The notes under the pieces were generated by a model. That model searched no databases. It was not told the DNA's origin and was given only the letters and a program-made list of their open reading frames with translations. Made by a program: the position numbers and the translations under genes. Shown one piece after another: positions 25,975 through 34,049 of a DNA stretch of 64,000 nucleotides. The stretch is taken from contig JACVCL010000003.1 of NCBI GenBank assembly GCA_016742075.1, positions 20,087-84,086 of the forward strand, read 5' to 3'. The stretch comes from Phycisphaerales bacterium (GTDB lineage: Bacteria > Planctomycetota > Phycisphaerae > Phycisphaerales > UBA1924). Position 1 is the first letter of the stretch; every line of letters starts with the position of its first letter.

Positions 25975-28154
25975 TGGGCTCCCTCGGGGTTGACGAACGT
26001 GATTGTCGGCTGGGTCGGCACGACGACCGGCGGCAGCACGAACTCGGCCACGCCCATGCGGATCAGCCGCTGGGCCAGCATGGCCATCGTGCCGTCGTCG
26101 AGCTTCTCGGCGTGAGTCTCGGTCTGAGCGGGCTGGGCCGCCTGACCGGCCGCCAGCCGATCGGACGGGATGAACGAGCCATCGCTGATCGGCGCCGACA
26201 CGAGCGGCTGGGACGCGGCCTCACCAGCCGGGGCCGCATCGCTGTGGCCGGAGGTCTTGGCCTCGGGGGCCGGGGCCGGCGCCGGCGCGGCGGGGGCGCC
26301 GAATCGTCCGTGCACCTCGCCGCTGATGATCTCGGAGAGACCGCTGCGCTCGGGCTTGCGGTCGGCGTCCCCGGTGAGCCGCTCACGCAGCTTCAGGGCG
26401 TCGGGCTGGGACGGGTTGAGCTCCAGCGACCGGCGGATCTTGTGGGCGGCCTCGTCGCTCTTGCCCTGATCGGCCAGGCGCTCGGCCTCGATGTTCAGCT
26501 GCGCAGTCTGCTTCTCGCGGCTCCACGGCAGCAGCCCGTTTCGGGTGCCGGTGCGCAGGCGCTCGCCATGGGCGAGGGCCCGGTCGCCGGCATCTCCCAT
26601 GATCCGATCGTTGACGATCGTGGGCTTGACCAGGAAGATGATCTCCTGGCGGTCGGTCTTGTCGTCGTGACCACGGAACGCGGCGCCCAGGATCGGGATG
26701 TCGCCCAGCACCGGCACCTGGTTCCGGCCGAGCGTGGTGGTCTCCTTGAAGAGACCGCCCAGCACCACCGTCGAGCCGTCGGGCACGATCACGTTGGTCG
26801 TGATCTCCTGGGTGATCTCGTCGGGAATGGTCACCGCGGCGCCCGTGGCATCGGTGGCCGTGCGGATCACGCCCTCGGACACACGCGGCTTGAGCTCCAG
26901 GCGGACCATCCCGTCCTTCGAGACGAACGGCCGGAACGCCAGCTGGGTGCCGGTGTCGAGGAACTGCACCGTCTGAGTGGTCGAGGTCTGCGTGGTCGTC
27001 GTGTTGAGGTAGCCCAGCTTGCGGCCCACGAGCACGCGGGCCGGCTGGCGGTTGAGGGCCAGGATCTTCGGGTTCGACAGGATATTCACGTCCGTCACCT
27101 GATCGAGGGCCCGGATGAAGATCCCGATGTCATCCTGGATCACCGACACCTTCAGGCCGCCCTCACCGGCGGAGTTACCCACCGAGGACACACCGCCCAC
27201 GGCGCGGTTGCCCGGCGGGGTCAGCCTGCCGCTCTGGAGCGCGCTGGCCGCCGCCAGCGGGCCGCCGAGGCCCAGGAAGTCGGTGAAGTTGACCTGGCCG
27301 AGGATCGCGAAGTCGATGCCGAAGGCGTTGGCCTCGGTCAGCGTGCTCTGCAGAATCGTCGCCTCCACCAGCACCTGCGCGGGCCGCGAGTCGAGCTCCT
27401 TCAGCAGGTTCTCGATCTCGGCGAGGTGCTCCGGGAAGTCGCGCACCACCAGGGTCGCGGCGAGCGCGAACTCCTCATTCCCGGTGGGGGCGTTCTCCGG
27501 CAGGTTGAAGGCGCCGCTGTCCTTGTTCACCTTGATCGTGCCGCTCTTGGAGAGCAGCGGCGTCACGAACTGTTCCGCGTCAGTCGCCTTCAGGTAGTTC
27601 AGCGTGAACACGCGCGTCACGGGCTTGCGGCTCTCCTGCTTCATCTTCTCGACGTCCGCGGCCGGGTACACGAAGATGAAGCCGTCCTGCTCGACGTAGT
27701 CAAAGCCGTTGGCGCGCAGCACCGCGTTCAGAGCCTGCTCGAACGTCACGTCGTAGAGGAACAGCGTGAGCTTGCCGCCCACGTCCTTGCCCGCCACGAT
27801 GTTCCGACGCGACTCGATGCTCAGCATCCGCAGCACGTTCCCGAGGTCCTCATCCTGGACGAGGATGTCGACGGTGTTGTGCTGGGTCATCTTGACCTTC
27901 GACTGTGCGTTCGGGGCGGGGGCGGCGCCCGTTGCGCCGGTCGCGCCCGTCGCGGCCGCGGCGGAGGGGGCAGCGCCGGTCGGGGCCGGGGCGGGCGCGG
28001 CGGCCGGCTGGTCGGCCGTCGCCGCGGCGTTAAACGGCGCCTGGCCCGAGGCGGGCAGCATCACGCCGCCGATCGCCAGGCCGGCGATCAGCCAGGGGAG
28101 ACGCTTGTGCGCGAACATGCCGCCGACGACGTCGAGAGTGCTGATCTTGTGCAT
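25971..28154 (-). CDS. pilQ: Secretin (PilQ/GspD family) with long C-terminal extension
   Basis: It has the secretin core signature VPVLGDIPILGAAFR...IIFLVKPTIV and N0/N1-like repeats. An Ala/Pro-rich N-terminal linker is present, and about 210 aa lie after the core. Confidence 0.85.
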   Translation of the reverse strand: MHKISTLDVVGGMFAHKRLPWLIAGLAIGGVMLPASGQAPFNAAATADQPAAAPAPAPTGAAPSAAAATGATGATGAAPAPNAQSKVKMTQHNTVDILVQDEDLGNVLRMLSIESRRNIVAGKDVGGKLTLFLYDVTFEQALNAVLRANGFDYVEQDGFIFVYPAADVEKMKQESRKPVTRVFTLNYLKATDAEQFVTPLLSKSGTIKVNKDSGAFNLPENAPTGNEEFALAATLVVRDFPEHLAEIENLLKELDSRPAQVLVEATILQSTLTEANAFGIDFAILGQVNFTDFLGLGGPLAAASALQSGRLTPPGNRAVGGVSSVGNSAGEGGLKVSVIQDDIGIFIRALDQVTDVNILSNPKILALNRQPARVLVGRKLGYLNTTTTQTSTTQTVQFLDTGTQLAFRPFVSKDGMVRLELKPRVSEGVIRTATDATGAAVTIPDEITQEITTNVIVPDGSTVVLGGLFKETTTLGRNQVPVLGDIPILGAAFRGHDDKTDRQEIIFLVKPTIVNDRIMGDAGDRALAHGERLRTGTRNGLLPWSREKQTAQLNIEAERLADQGKSDEAAHKIRRSLELNPSQPDALKLRERLTGDADRKPERSGLSEIISGEVHGRFGAPAAPAPAPAPEAKTSGHSDAAPAGEAASQPLVSAPISDGSFIPSDRLAAGQAAQPAQTETHAEKLDDGTMAMLAQRLIRMGVAEFVLPPVVVPTQPTITFVNPEGAQ

Positions 28155-28210
28155 GGGTCTTCTCCGCCGAGCAAGGCCTTGATCGGCCCCTCTCGCTCCT
28201 GTGCTGCGGT

Positions 28211-28840
28211 CTACCGCTCCGGAAGCTCGCGCTTGAGCTCCACGCGGAATCCGTCCTTCTCGAGCACCACGCTGAGTTCGCTGACCTCGACCAGCGTGAG
28301 CCCGTCCACCGATTCACCCGGACGCAAGACGAAGTTCCGGCGGTCGGACCGTCCGACCTGATCGACAACCGCCATCGGCGTTCGGCCGAGCATCGTGCTC
28401 CGGAGACGCAGCTTGGACGCCTGTTCCCGGACACGCTTCTCCGCCGCCGCACGTTCGCGGCCTCTCACAACCTCTGGGTCTTCGGCGGTTTCCGACTGTG
28501 ACTTCTGGGCAACTCCCGCCGACTGCGGCATCTCCACCGGCCGCGGAAACGTCACCTCGTTCACCAGGAACAAGTTGCGCGTCAGCTCCGCCGGGCGCGG
28601 CACCCGGATGATGGGGCGTCCTGCCGCGGCCGCGGCCGCGGCCGCGGCCAGGCCGGCCGCAGGGGCGGCATCGGGCTGCCCCGCGGCACGTCGATCGCGG
28701 GCCTGGGCCGAACCGATGCCGCCCGAGAGCACCGTCCGCAGGCCAAGCAGAGTCAAGGCCAGGAGCAGCACCCCCAGGACGGCGGACTTCTTTCGGTCAG
28801 CGTTCAGGATGATCCACAGCTCGGCTAGGCGCGTGCTCAT
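28211..28840 (-). CDS. PilP/GspC-like inner-membrane-anchored protein
   Basis: It has an N-terminal TM helix and a low-complexity Ala linker. The C-terminal beta-domain is FVLRPGESVDGLTLVEVSELSVVLEKDG. ATGA overlap with the pilO stop (28837-28840). Confidence 0.5.
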   Translation of the reverse strand: MSTRLAELWIILNADRKKSAVLGVLLLALTLLGLRTVLSGGIGSAQARDRRAAGQPDAAPAAGLAAAAAAAAAGRPIIRVPRPAELTRNLFLVNEVTFPRPVEMPQSAGVAQKSQSETAEDPEVVRGRERAAAEKRVREQASKLRLRSTMLGRTPMAVVDQVGRSDRRNFVLRPGESVDGLTLVEVSELSVVLEKDGFRVELKRELPER

Positions 28841-29421
28841 CGGCGCACCTCCGGCCCGTCGGCGGCGCTCACCGCCCGTGCCTCCCTCGGCGCGTAAAAG
28901 ACATCGATCAGCAGGTCGGCGTGGACCTCGCCGGCGCGGTTCATGCCCCGCCCGTCGGGCTTCTGGGCCTCGACGCGGAGCCGCTGAACACGGACCAGCC
29001 GCGGCAGACCCTCGACACGCCGGACCGCTTCGTAGATCCCCGGGAACGCGCCGTCGACGAGCACCGACATCGGCATGCTCGCAGCTTCCTCAAGCTGCCG
29101 GCTTGTGCCGGTCGTTACCTCTCGGCGTGACAGACCGATCCGTTCGAGCACCCCGCTCAGTTCACGGATCAGCCCGGCTACGTCGGCGTCTCGCGGGATG
29201 GGCGTCGATCGCTCGCGGCCCATGTCCCTCAGTCCGTCCAGTCGCGTGCGCAGGCGTGCGATCTCCTCCGGGCCATCCACAGGCTTGGACAGCTTCTCCT
29301 CGAACGCGGCGATCTGCCGCTCAAGCTCTCGCTGCTCTCGCACGGCGGGCCAGAAAAGGAGCCCGGCCGCCATGAACACACCTCCGCCCCAGCTAAGAGC
29401 CAGCCATCGCGCGGGCGTCAT
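28837..29421 (-). CDS. pilO: PilO-like pilus assembly protein
   Basis: 194 aa from ATG 29421, with an N-terminal TM helix, a coiled coil and a ferredoxin-like C-terminus. Its position after pilM/pilN supports the call. Confidence 0.6.
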   Translation of the reverse strand: MTPARWLALSWGGGVFMAAGLLFWPAVREQRELERQIAAFEEKLSKPVDGPEEIARLRTRLDGLRDMGRERSTPIPRDADVAGLIRELSGVLERIGLSRREVTTGTSRQLEEAASMPMSVLVDGAFPGIYEAVRRVEGLPRLVRVQRLRVEAQKPDGRGMNRAGEVHADLLIDVFYAPREARAVSAADGPEVRR

Positions 29422-29423
29422 GG

Positions 29424-30119
29424 TCACGGGCGGACCTCCGAAGGGGTGGCGGCGACCGGAGCCGCCTCGAACACGTAGTGCCCCGCAAGGTCGACTTCGC
29501 ACACCACCCGGAACTGCCGGCCGGCCGTGCCCTCGACGTCGCGCGAGCGGGCGTAGTCCATCGAGATCCTGTCGAACAACGGGTTGCCGTCGAGGCCCGA
29601 TACCAGCCGGGCGATGGTCATGTCGTCGGGCGCCAGCCCTTCGATCTCGACCGCCAGCACCGACCTCGCGGCCGGCGGCTGCCCGGTCGACACCGCCGCC
29701 CGCCCCGGCGTGCGTCCCGAAGATCCCGCCCGGGCCAGGGACGCCAGATCTTGCCGGGGCGTCAGGGTGAGGCTGGTCAGCGAGACCGACTCGGGAACCT
29801 GCTCCCCCACCGCTGCGATCACGTCGCTCACCCGGACGGGCCACGCCAGCCTGTCGTACCGGGTGATCGCGCCCTCAAGCTCCCGGATCTCCTTCAGCAG
29901 CCGCTGCGTCTCCTCGCTCCGGCTCCATGCAAGCCGGGCCTCGGCCGCGAGCGACTCCACCCGCGCGGACCGCTCGGCGTGCCCGGCCCTCAGGATCGAG
30001 TACCCCGCGAACAGCACGGCGCAGGTCAGCGCGTACACCGCGACCCAGCGCCGCACATCCTCCCGGCCCTTGAGCGCGATCCGGCACGAGCCCGGCATGA
30101 GATCAATGACGGTTCTCAC
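29424..30119 (-). CDS. pilN: PilN-like pilus assembly protein
   Basis: 231 aa with a short cytoplasmic N-terminus, a TM helix (WVAVYALTCAVLFAGYSIL) and a coiled coil. The GTG start overlaps the pilM stop (GTGA 30116-30119). Confidence 0.6.
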   Translation of the reverse strand: MRTVIDLMPGSCRIALKGREDVRRWVAVYALTCAVLFAGYSILRAGHAERSARVESLAAEARLAWSRSEETQRLLKEIRELEGAITRYDRLAWPVRVSDVIAAVGEQVPESVSLTSLTLTPRQDLASLARAGSSGRTPGRAAVSTGQPPAARSVLAVEIEGLAPDDMTIARLVSGLDGNPLFDRISMDYARSRDVEGTAGRQFRVVCEVDLAGHYVFEAAPVAATPSEVRP

Positions 30120-31300
30120 GCGGCGGCCCTCCCGCGGTGGCCGTCCAGCGCCGGCGGCTCATCGGCGCGCCCCTGACCTCCGTCCGACGCCGCAGAGACC
30201 GACTTGGCCGCGGAACCGCCAAGGCTCAGACCCACCGCCGCGGCGAGCTCGGGCCGCGGCCCCGGCCGAGCATCGCCGAGCGCCCCAGCGCAGTCGATGC
30301 CCTCCAGCGGCGACCCGACCGACGTCGGCACACCAAGAGCCTCGGCGATGGTCGCCGCCAGACGGGGCTCGAGCGCTTCGCCGCCGACCACATACGCGCG
30401 CTCGGGCTTGGCCCCGCGGAACGTCACGCTGTAGTACCGGAGGCACATCTTGATCTCGTGCGCGAGATCACCCATCAGCGGCCGGACGGCGTCGAACACC
30501 GCCCGGTCGACCTTCGCGTCGATCTCCGCCGGCAGGCCCGCCTCGGCGAGCCTCCGCCGCTCCCTCAGATCCTCGATCGTCGCCGGCTCCAGCCCCAGCC
30601 GCTCGGCGGCGGTGCGGGTGAGCCGCTCGCCACCGATGTCCAGCGGCTTGTGGAACGCCACCTGCTCGCCGCGGACCAGCGTCACCCCGGTGCAGCACCG
30701 GCCGACATCGACCACGACGCGGACGATCCCCTGATCCGAGGCCCGGCGCAGCGTCCGTGTGAAGCACCGCCCCGCCGCCAGGAACCCGGGCTCAACGGCC
30801 GACACGATCAGCCCACGGTCGGCTAGCCGCATCACCAGACGTTCGACCGGCCCGCGCGGCACGCCGACGTAGATCAGTTCTCGGCGGACTTCCTCCCCCT
30901 GCCGCACCTCTCCGGCGCTCAGCCAACCGATCTCGGCGTCCTCCCCCTCGGCGAAGCCGAGCCGCTGTGCGCCGTCCAGCCGCACCGCCTGGGTCACCTC
31001 GTCGTCGGGCATGGGCGGATGCCGCACCGAACGCGTCCGCACGAGCCGGTCGTCGATGCTCAGGATCGCCCGACGGCCCCTCATCCCCGCGGCCCGCGCC
31101 GCCGCCGCGATCCGCTCGGCCAGCTCGGCGAGTCCTTCCTCACTGACCTCCGGGCCGGCGAGGGCGGGCCGATCGACCCGCGCGACGGAATGCAGGCACA
31201 GACGCTGACGCCTTCGGCGGAGCTGGCACAGCTTCGCCCCGCCGGCGCCGACGTCGATGCCGATCGGCAAGGTCGGGTTGTCGAACAAGCTCCTCAGCAA
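30116..31300 (-). CDS. pilM: PilM-like actin-fold pilus assembly ATPase
   Basis: It has IGIDVGAGGAKL at the N-terminus and RVVVDVG in the second half. The start is TTG with GGGAG upstream. Confidence 0.75.
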   Translation of the reverse strand: MLRSLFDNPTLPIGIDVGAGGAKLCQLRRRRQRLCLHSVARVDRPALAGPEVSEEGLAELAERIAAAARAAGMRGRRAILSIDDRLVRTRSVRHPPMPDDEVTQAVRLDGAQRLGFAEGEDAEIGWLSAGEVRQGEEVRRELIYVGVPRGPVERLVMRLADRGLIVSAVEPGFLAAGRCFTRTLRRASDQGIVRVVVDVGRCCTGVTLVRGEQVAFHKPLDIGGERLTRTAAERLGLEPATIEDLRERRRLAEAGLPAEIDAKVDRAVFDAVRPLMGDLAHEIKMCLRYYSVTFRGAKPERAYVVGGEALEPRLAATIAEALGVPTSVGSPLEGIDCAGALGDARPGPRPELAAAVGLSLGGSAAKSVSAASDGGQGRADEPPALDGHRGRAAA

Positions 31301-31359
31301 TCAGATCTCCCGTTGTGGATCGATCCCCGGCGCCCGCTTCGGGAGCCCGCGCCCGCCGC

Positions 31360-31968
31360 TCATTCGCGGCGCGACACGTCCACCCGCCCGGTCATCGGGG
31401 CAACCCGGATCTCGTAGGTGATGTTGAAGCCCGGCGACCCGACGACAATCGTGCCGCCGTTGCTCCCCGTCGAACTCGATGCCGAGCGCACGGGCCCCCC
31501 GAGCTCGTCGAAGAACAGCTTCTTGGCGTACTCGGCGTCGCCGGAGGTCTGCTCGTTGTCGAAGCTCACGCTGAGAATGCGGGCGCCGCCGAATCGCTCG
31601 TCCGACAGATCGCGTGCGTAGGGGAGCGACGGCGTCTCGGGGAGGCGCATCGCCGCCGCGGGCAGTTCGGCCCGCGTCAGCGACGGCCCGGTCACCGAGG
31701 CCACCGCGTACCCGTTGTCCATCCTGATCCCGCCGCTCACGGGCTGCCCGCCCCCGGAGCCGTGCTCGAAGAAGTACACGGCGCGGCGCTCTTGGAATGC
31801 CATCGCGTCGGTCTGCGCGAAGCTGATGTCGGCCACGATGTGCCGAACCGCTCCCTGGATGCGCAGGACGCCGGTCGATCCCATCGCGGGGATCACCAGC
31901 ATCGCGGCGACGCCGAGGACGACGATCGTCACCAGCAGCTCCAGCAGCGTGAAGGCCCGGCGGTTCAT
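31360..31968 (-). CDS. Minor (pseudo)pilin, GspH/FimT-like
   Basis: It starts at ATG 31968 (MNRRA|FTLLELLVTIVVLGVAAMLVIP). The size and the motif after the helix (AVRHIVADISFAQ) resemble the GspH/FimT class. Confidence 0.6.
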   Translation of the reverse strand: MNRRAFTLLELLVTIVVLGVAAMLVIPAMGSTGVLRIQGAVRHIVADISFAQTDAMAFQERRAVYFFEHGSGGGQPVSGGIRMDNGYAVASVTGPSLTRAELPAAAMRLPETPSLPYARDLSDERFGGARILSVSFDNEQTSGDAEYAKKLFFDELGGPVRSASSSTGSNGGTIVVGSPGFNITYEIRVAPMTGRVDVSRRE

Positions 31969-31996
31969 GATCGGATCAACCCCTTGCACCCGGCGG

Positions 31997-32341
31997 TCAG
32001 CGCGACGGACGCGAACTCGCGGCCGGCATCTCCGTGACTTTCACCGAGATCCCGCCCTTGGTCAGCAGCGATTCCAGACGCTTGACGCTGGCGTCGATCC
32101 GACCCAGCGACTCGATCACCCGGTTGGTCTGCTCGGCGGGGTCCGGGAGCCGGGCCACGGGCTCGCGGCTCGGATCGGCCGACGAGCTCTGCGCCTGCGC
32201 GACCGACGCACCGGGCAGGAACCCGCGTTGGAGCACCAGCACGCCCAGCAGCACCGCGATCGCCGTCAGCACGCCGTTGAGATAGGTCAGCCCGCCCCGC
32301 ACCCCGTTGCCCACCTGCCCGCTGGATTCCACTGGCTTCAT
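31997..32341 (-). CDS. Small single-pass membrane protein, unknown function
   Basis: 114 aa from ATG 32341, with a TM helix LNGVLTAIAVLLGVLVL and a coiled-coil-like C-terminus. No family recognised. Confidence 0.4.
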   Translation of the reverse strand: MKPVESSGQVGNGVRGGLTYLNGVLTAIAVLLGVLVLQRGFLPGASVAQAQSSSADPSREPVARLPDPAEQTNRVIESLGRIDASVKRLESLLTKGGISVKVTEMPAASSRPSR

Positions 32342-32486
32342 GACTGGCTGCTCCCGCGTTGCGGTCCCGAGCGGCCCGGCGCCACGCGCGCGGCATCCGC
32401 CCGGGGCGTCATCGGCCATCCCGCCGAGCCTCCTGAGCACAACCCCCCGAATCGCCGGGCGGCACGCCGGGTCGGCGGCGCCGCCA

Positions 32487-32501
32487 CCCCCACCCCCCCC
32501 C
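32487..32501. repeat. Homopolymer tract C5-A-C9 (G9-T-G5 on the coding strand of the locus)
   Basis: Read directly: ccccc a ccccccccc. It ends 1 nt before the pilin stop codon (tca at 32503-32505). Confidence 0.9.
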
Positions 32502-32502
32502 G

Positions 32503-32967
32503 TCAGGGCGTCTCGTTCGAGAGCCGGTCGGTCGTCATGTTGAACCCGGTGGGGAACACGTCCAGCCGGTCGGCCTGCTGCAGGAACTGCCAGCCGTTCG
32601 CGGCCGACTTCTCGGCCTCGGCCGCGCTCGTCGCGCTTCCGGCGATCAGCAGCCTGCTGCCCGTGTACATGTTCACGGGCACTTCCTTCAGGTAGTTGTC
32701 GCCGATGAGGGCACCCCAGCCGTCGTTGGGGCCGCCCTCGCCCATCGGACTGCTGGGGTCAGAGGTCGGGAACAGCCCTGCGTGCTGGACCCTGTAGAGC
32801 TCGATGTTGTTGTTGATCATCTGCACCTGACGGCGCAGCGACGACTTGGTGGCGTCCGACGACGCACGGGAGAACTGCGGGATGACAATCGCCGCCAGGA
32901 TCCCCAGGATCACCACGACGATAAGGATCTCGACCAGAGTGAAGCCGGCCCGGCGTGTGTGCAGCAT
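32503..32967 (-). CDS. Type IV pilin / GspG-like pseudopilin, paralogue 2
   Basis: It starts at ATG 32967 (MLHTRRAG|FTLVEILIVVVILGILAAIVIPQF). It shares ELYRV, N(D/N)GWG and YLKE-PVN-Y with the upstream paralogue. Confidence 0.8.
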   Translation of the reverse strand: MLHTRRAGFTLVEILIVVVILGILAAIVIPQFSRASSDATKSSLRRQVQMINNNIELYRVQHAGLFPTSDPSSPMGEGGPNDGWGALIGDNYLKEVPVNMYTGSRLLIAGSATSAAEAEKSAANGWQFLQQADRLDVFPTGFNMTTDRLSNETP

Positions 32968-33033
32968 GAGTCGCAAGCTCCTCGTCCGGCCTCCGCATCA
33001 CCACCCCGCCCCGCCGATCCCCACCATCAAGCC

Positions 33034-33059
33034 GATCGGGCCCCGCGAAGGGCCCGATC
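33034..33059 (-). promoter_or_regulatory. Intercistronic GC stem-loop between the two pilin genes
   Basis: Perfect 10-bp stem: gatcgggccc (33034-33043) pairs with gggcccgatc (33050-33059), with a 6-nt loop. There is no U-tract. Confidence 0.5.
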
Positions 33060-33086
33060 AGGGCGAAATTCCGTTATCCCCGGCTG

Positions 33087-33566
33087 TTAGGGCGTGGTGC
33101 CGCCGGAGCCGCCCGAGCCGCCGAAGCCGGTCTCGTGGGCGAGCAGCTTGTTGCGGGGGTCAAAGCCCGCGGCGTACACGGCGCTCGTCGCCTCGTCCCA
33201 CGTCCAGCCCGACGTGTTGCTGTCGCGGGTCTGGGCCATCGCGGCCGACATGTCGCCGACCGAGATGTTCGAGCGGCCGAAGTAGCCGTTCACCGGCTCC
33301 TCCTTCAGGTACTGCGCGCTCACCATGTTGCCCCAGCCGTTGTTGGTCGCGGCCGTGCCCAGGGCCGGGTAGTCGCCGTTGTTGCGGACGCGGTACAGCT
33401 CAACCTGGCTGTTGATCGTCTGCAGCTGGCTCTCCAGCGCGCCCTTCACGGCCTCGTTGCTCGCGTTCGTGAACTGCGGGATCACGATCGCGGCCAGGAT
33501 GCCCAGAATCACCACGACGATCAGAATCTCAACCAGCGTGAAGCCCTTGCGGATCGTGTTGCGCAT
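33087..33566 (-). CDS. Type IV pilin / GspG-like pseudopilin, paralogue 1 (first gene of locus, likely major subunit)
   Basis: It starts at ATG 33566 (MRNTIRKG|FTLVEILIVVVILGILAAIVIPQF), with GGAAGGAG about 10 nt upstream. It has a Gly/Ser C-terminal tail (GGSGGSGGTTP). Confidence 0.8.
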   Translation of the reverse strand: MRNTIRKGFTLVEILIVVVILGILAAIVIPQFTNASNEAVKGALESQLQTINSQVELYRVRNNGDYPALGTAATNNGWGNMVSAQYLKEEPVNGYFGRSNISVGDMSAAMAQTRDSNTSGWTWDEATSAVYAAGFDPRNKLLAHETGFGGSGGSGGTTP

Positions 33567-33972
33567 GCTCCGAAACTCCTTCCACTGTGCCTTGGTCCCC
33601 AACGGGCCCGACCGGAGCCCCTCGGCGACGCTGCCTGCTGCCCGCGGCCCCGTCCCCTCCACGCACCGGGGTCCGGGCCGTCCTTCACTCGGCGGACGGT
33701 TCGTCAAGCAGCGTGACGCCGTGCGGCCGGCCCCGAACGCCGGGGCATCCGCAGACATCGACCGCGCACCGGCCGCGCTTCACCGCTCTCCGCAGCGCAC
33801 GCGACCGTTTGCCCCGGGGGCCCGCACAGCCGGCGCAGATCACCACCGAAGCTGCCAAATCAGAACGTCCGAGAGCCCCGCCGCGTCAAAAGGACCTCCT
33901 GCCTGATGCCCCCAAGGCCCGACACCCGGAGGAAACTCGGGGGATCACCGATCGCATGCCCGAGAGGCCATG

Positions 33973-34005
33973 CAAAGAAAAGCGGCCGACCGCTAGGTCG
34001 GCCGC
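33973..34005 (-). terminator. Rho-independent terminator after the HEAT-repeat gene
   Basis: Perfect 10-bp stem: gcggccgacc (33982-33991) pairs with ggtcggccgc (33996-34005), with a 4-nt loop. On the minus strand it is followed by ttttctttg (33973-33981). Confidence 0.75.
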
Positions 34006-34049
34006 CGAACGATGGGTCAAGTGTTATTCGGTCCTGCCGCGAACCGCCG

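Noticed and set aside
33567-33620. Possible sigma-54 or other defined promoter directly upstream of the major pilin gene (ttggggaccaaggcac).
   Set aside because: The GG-to-GC spacing is 8 nt rather than 10, and the element would sit too close to the start codon. No promoter could be supported from sequence alone.
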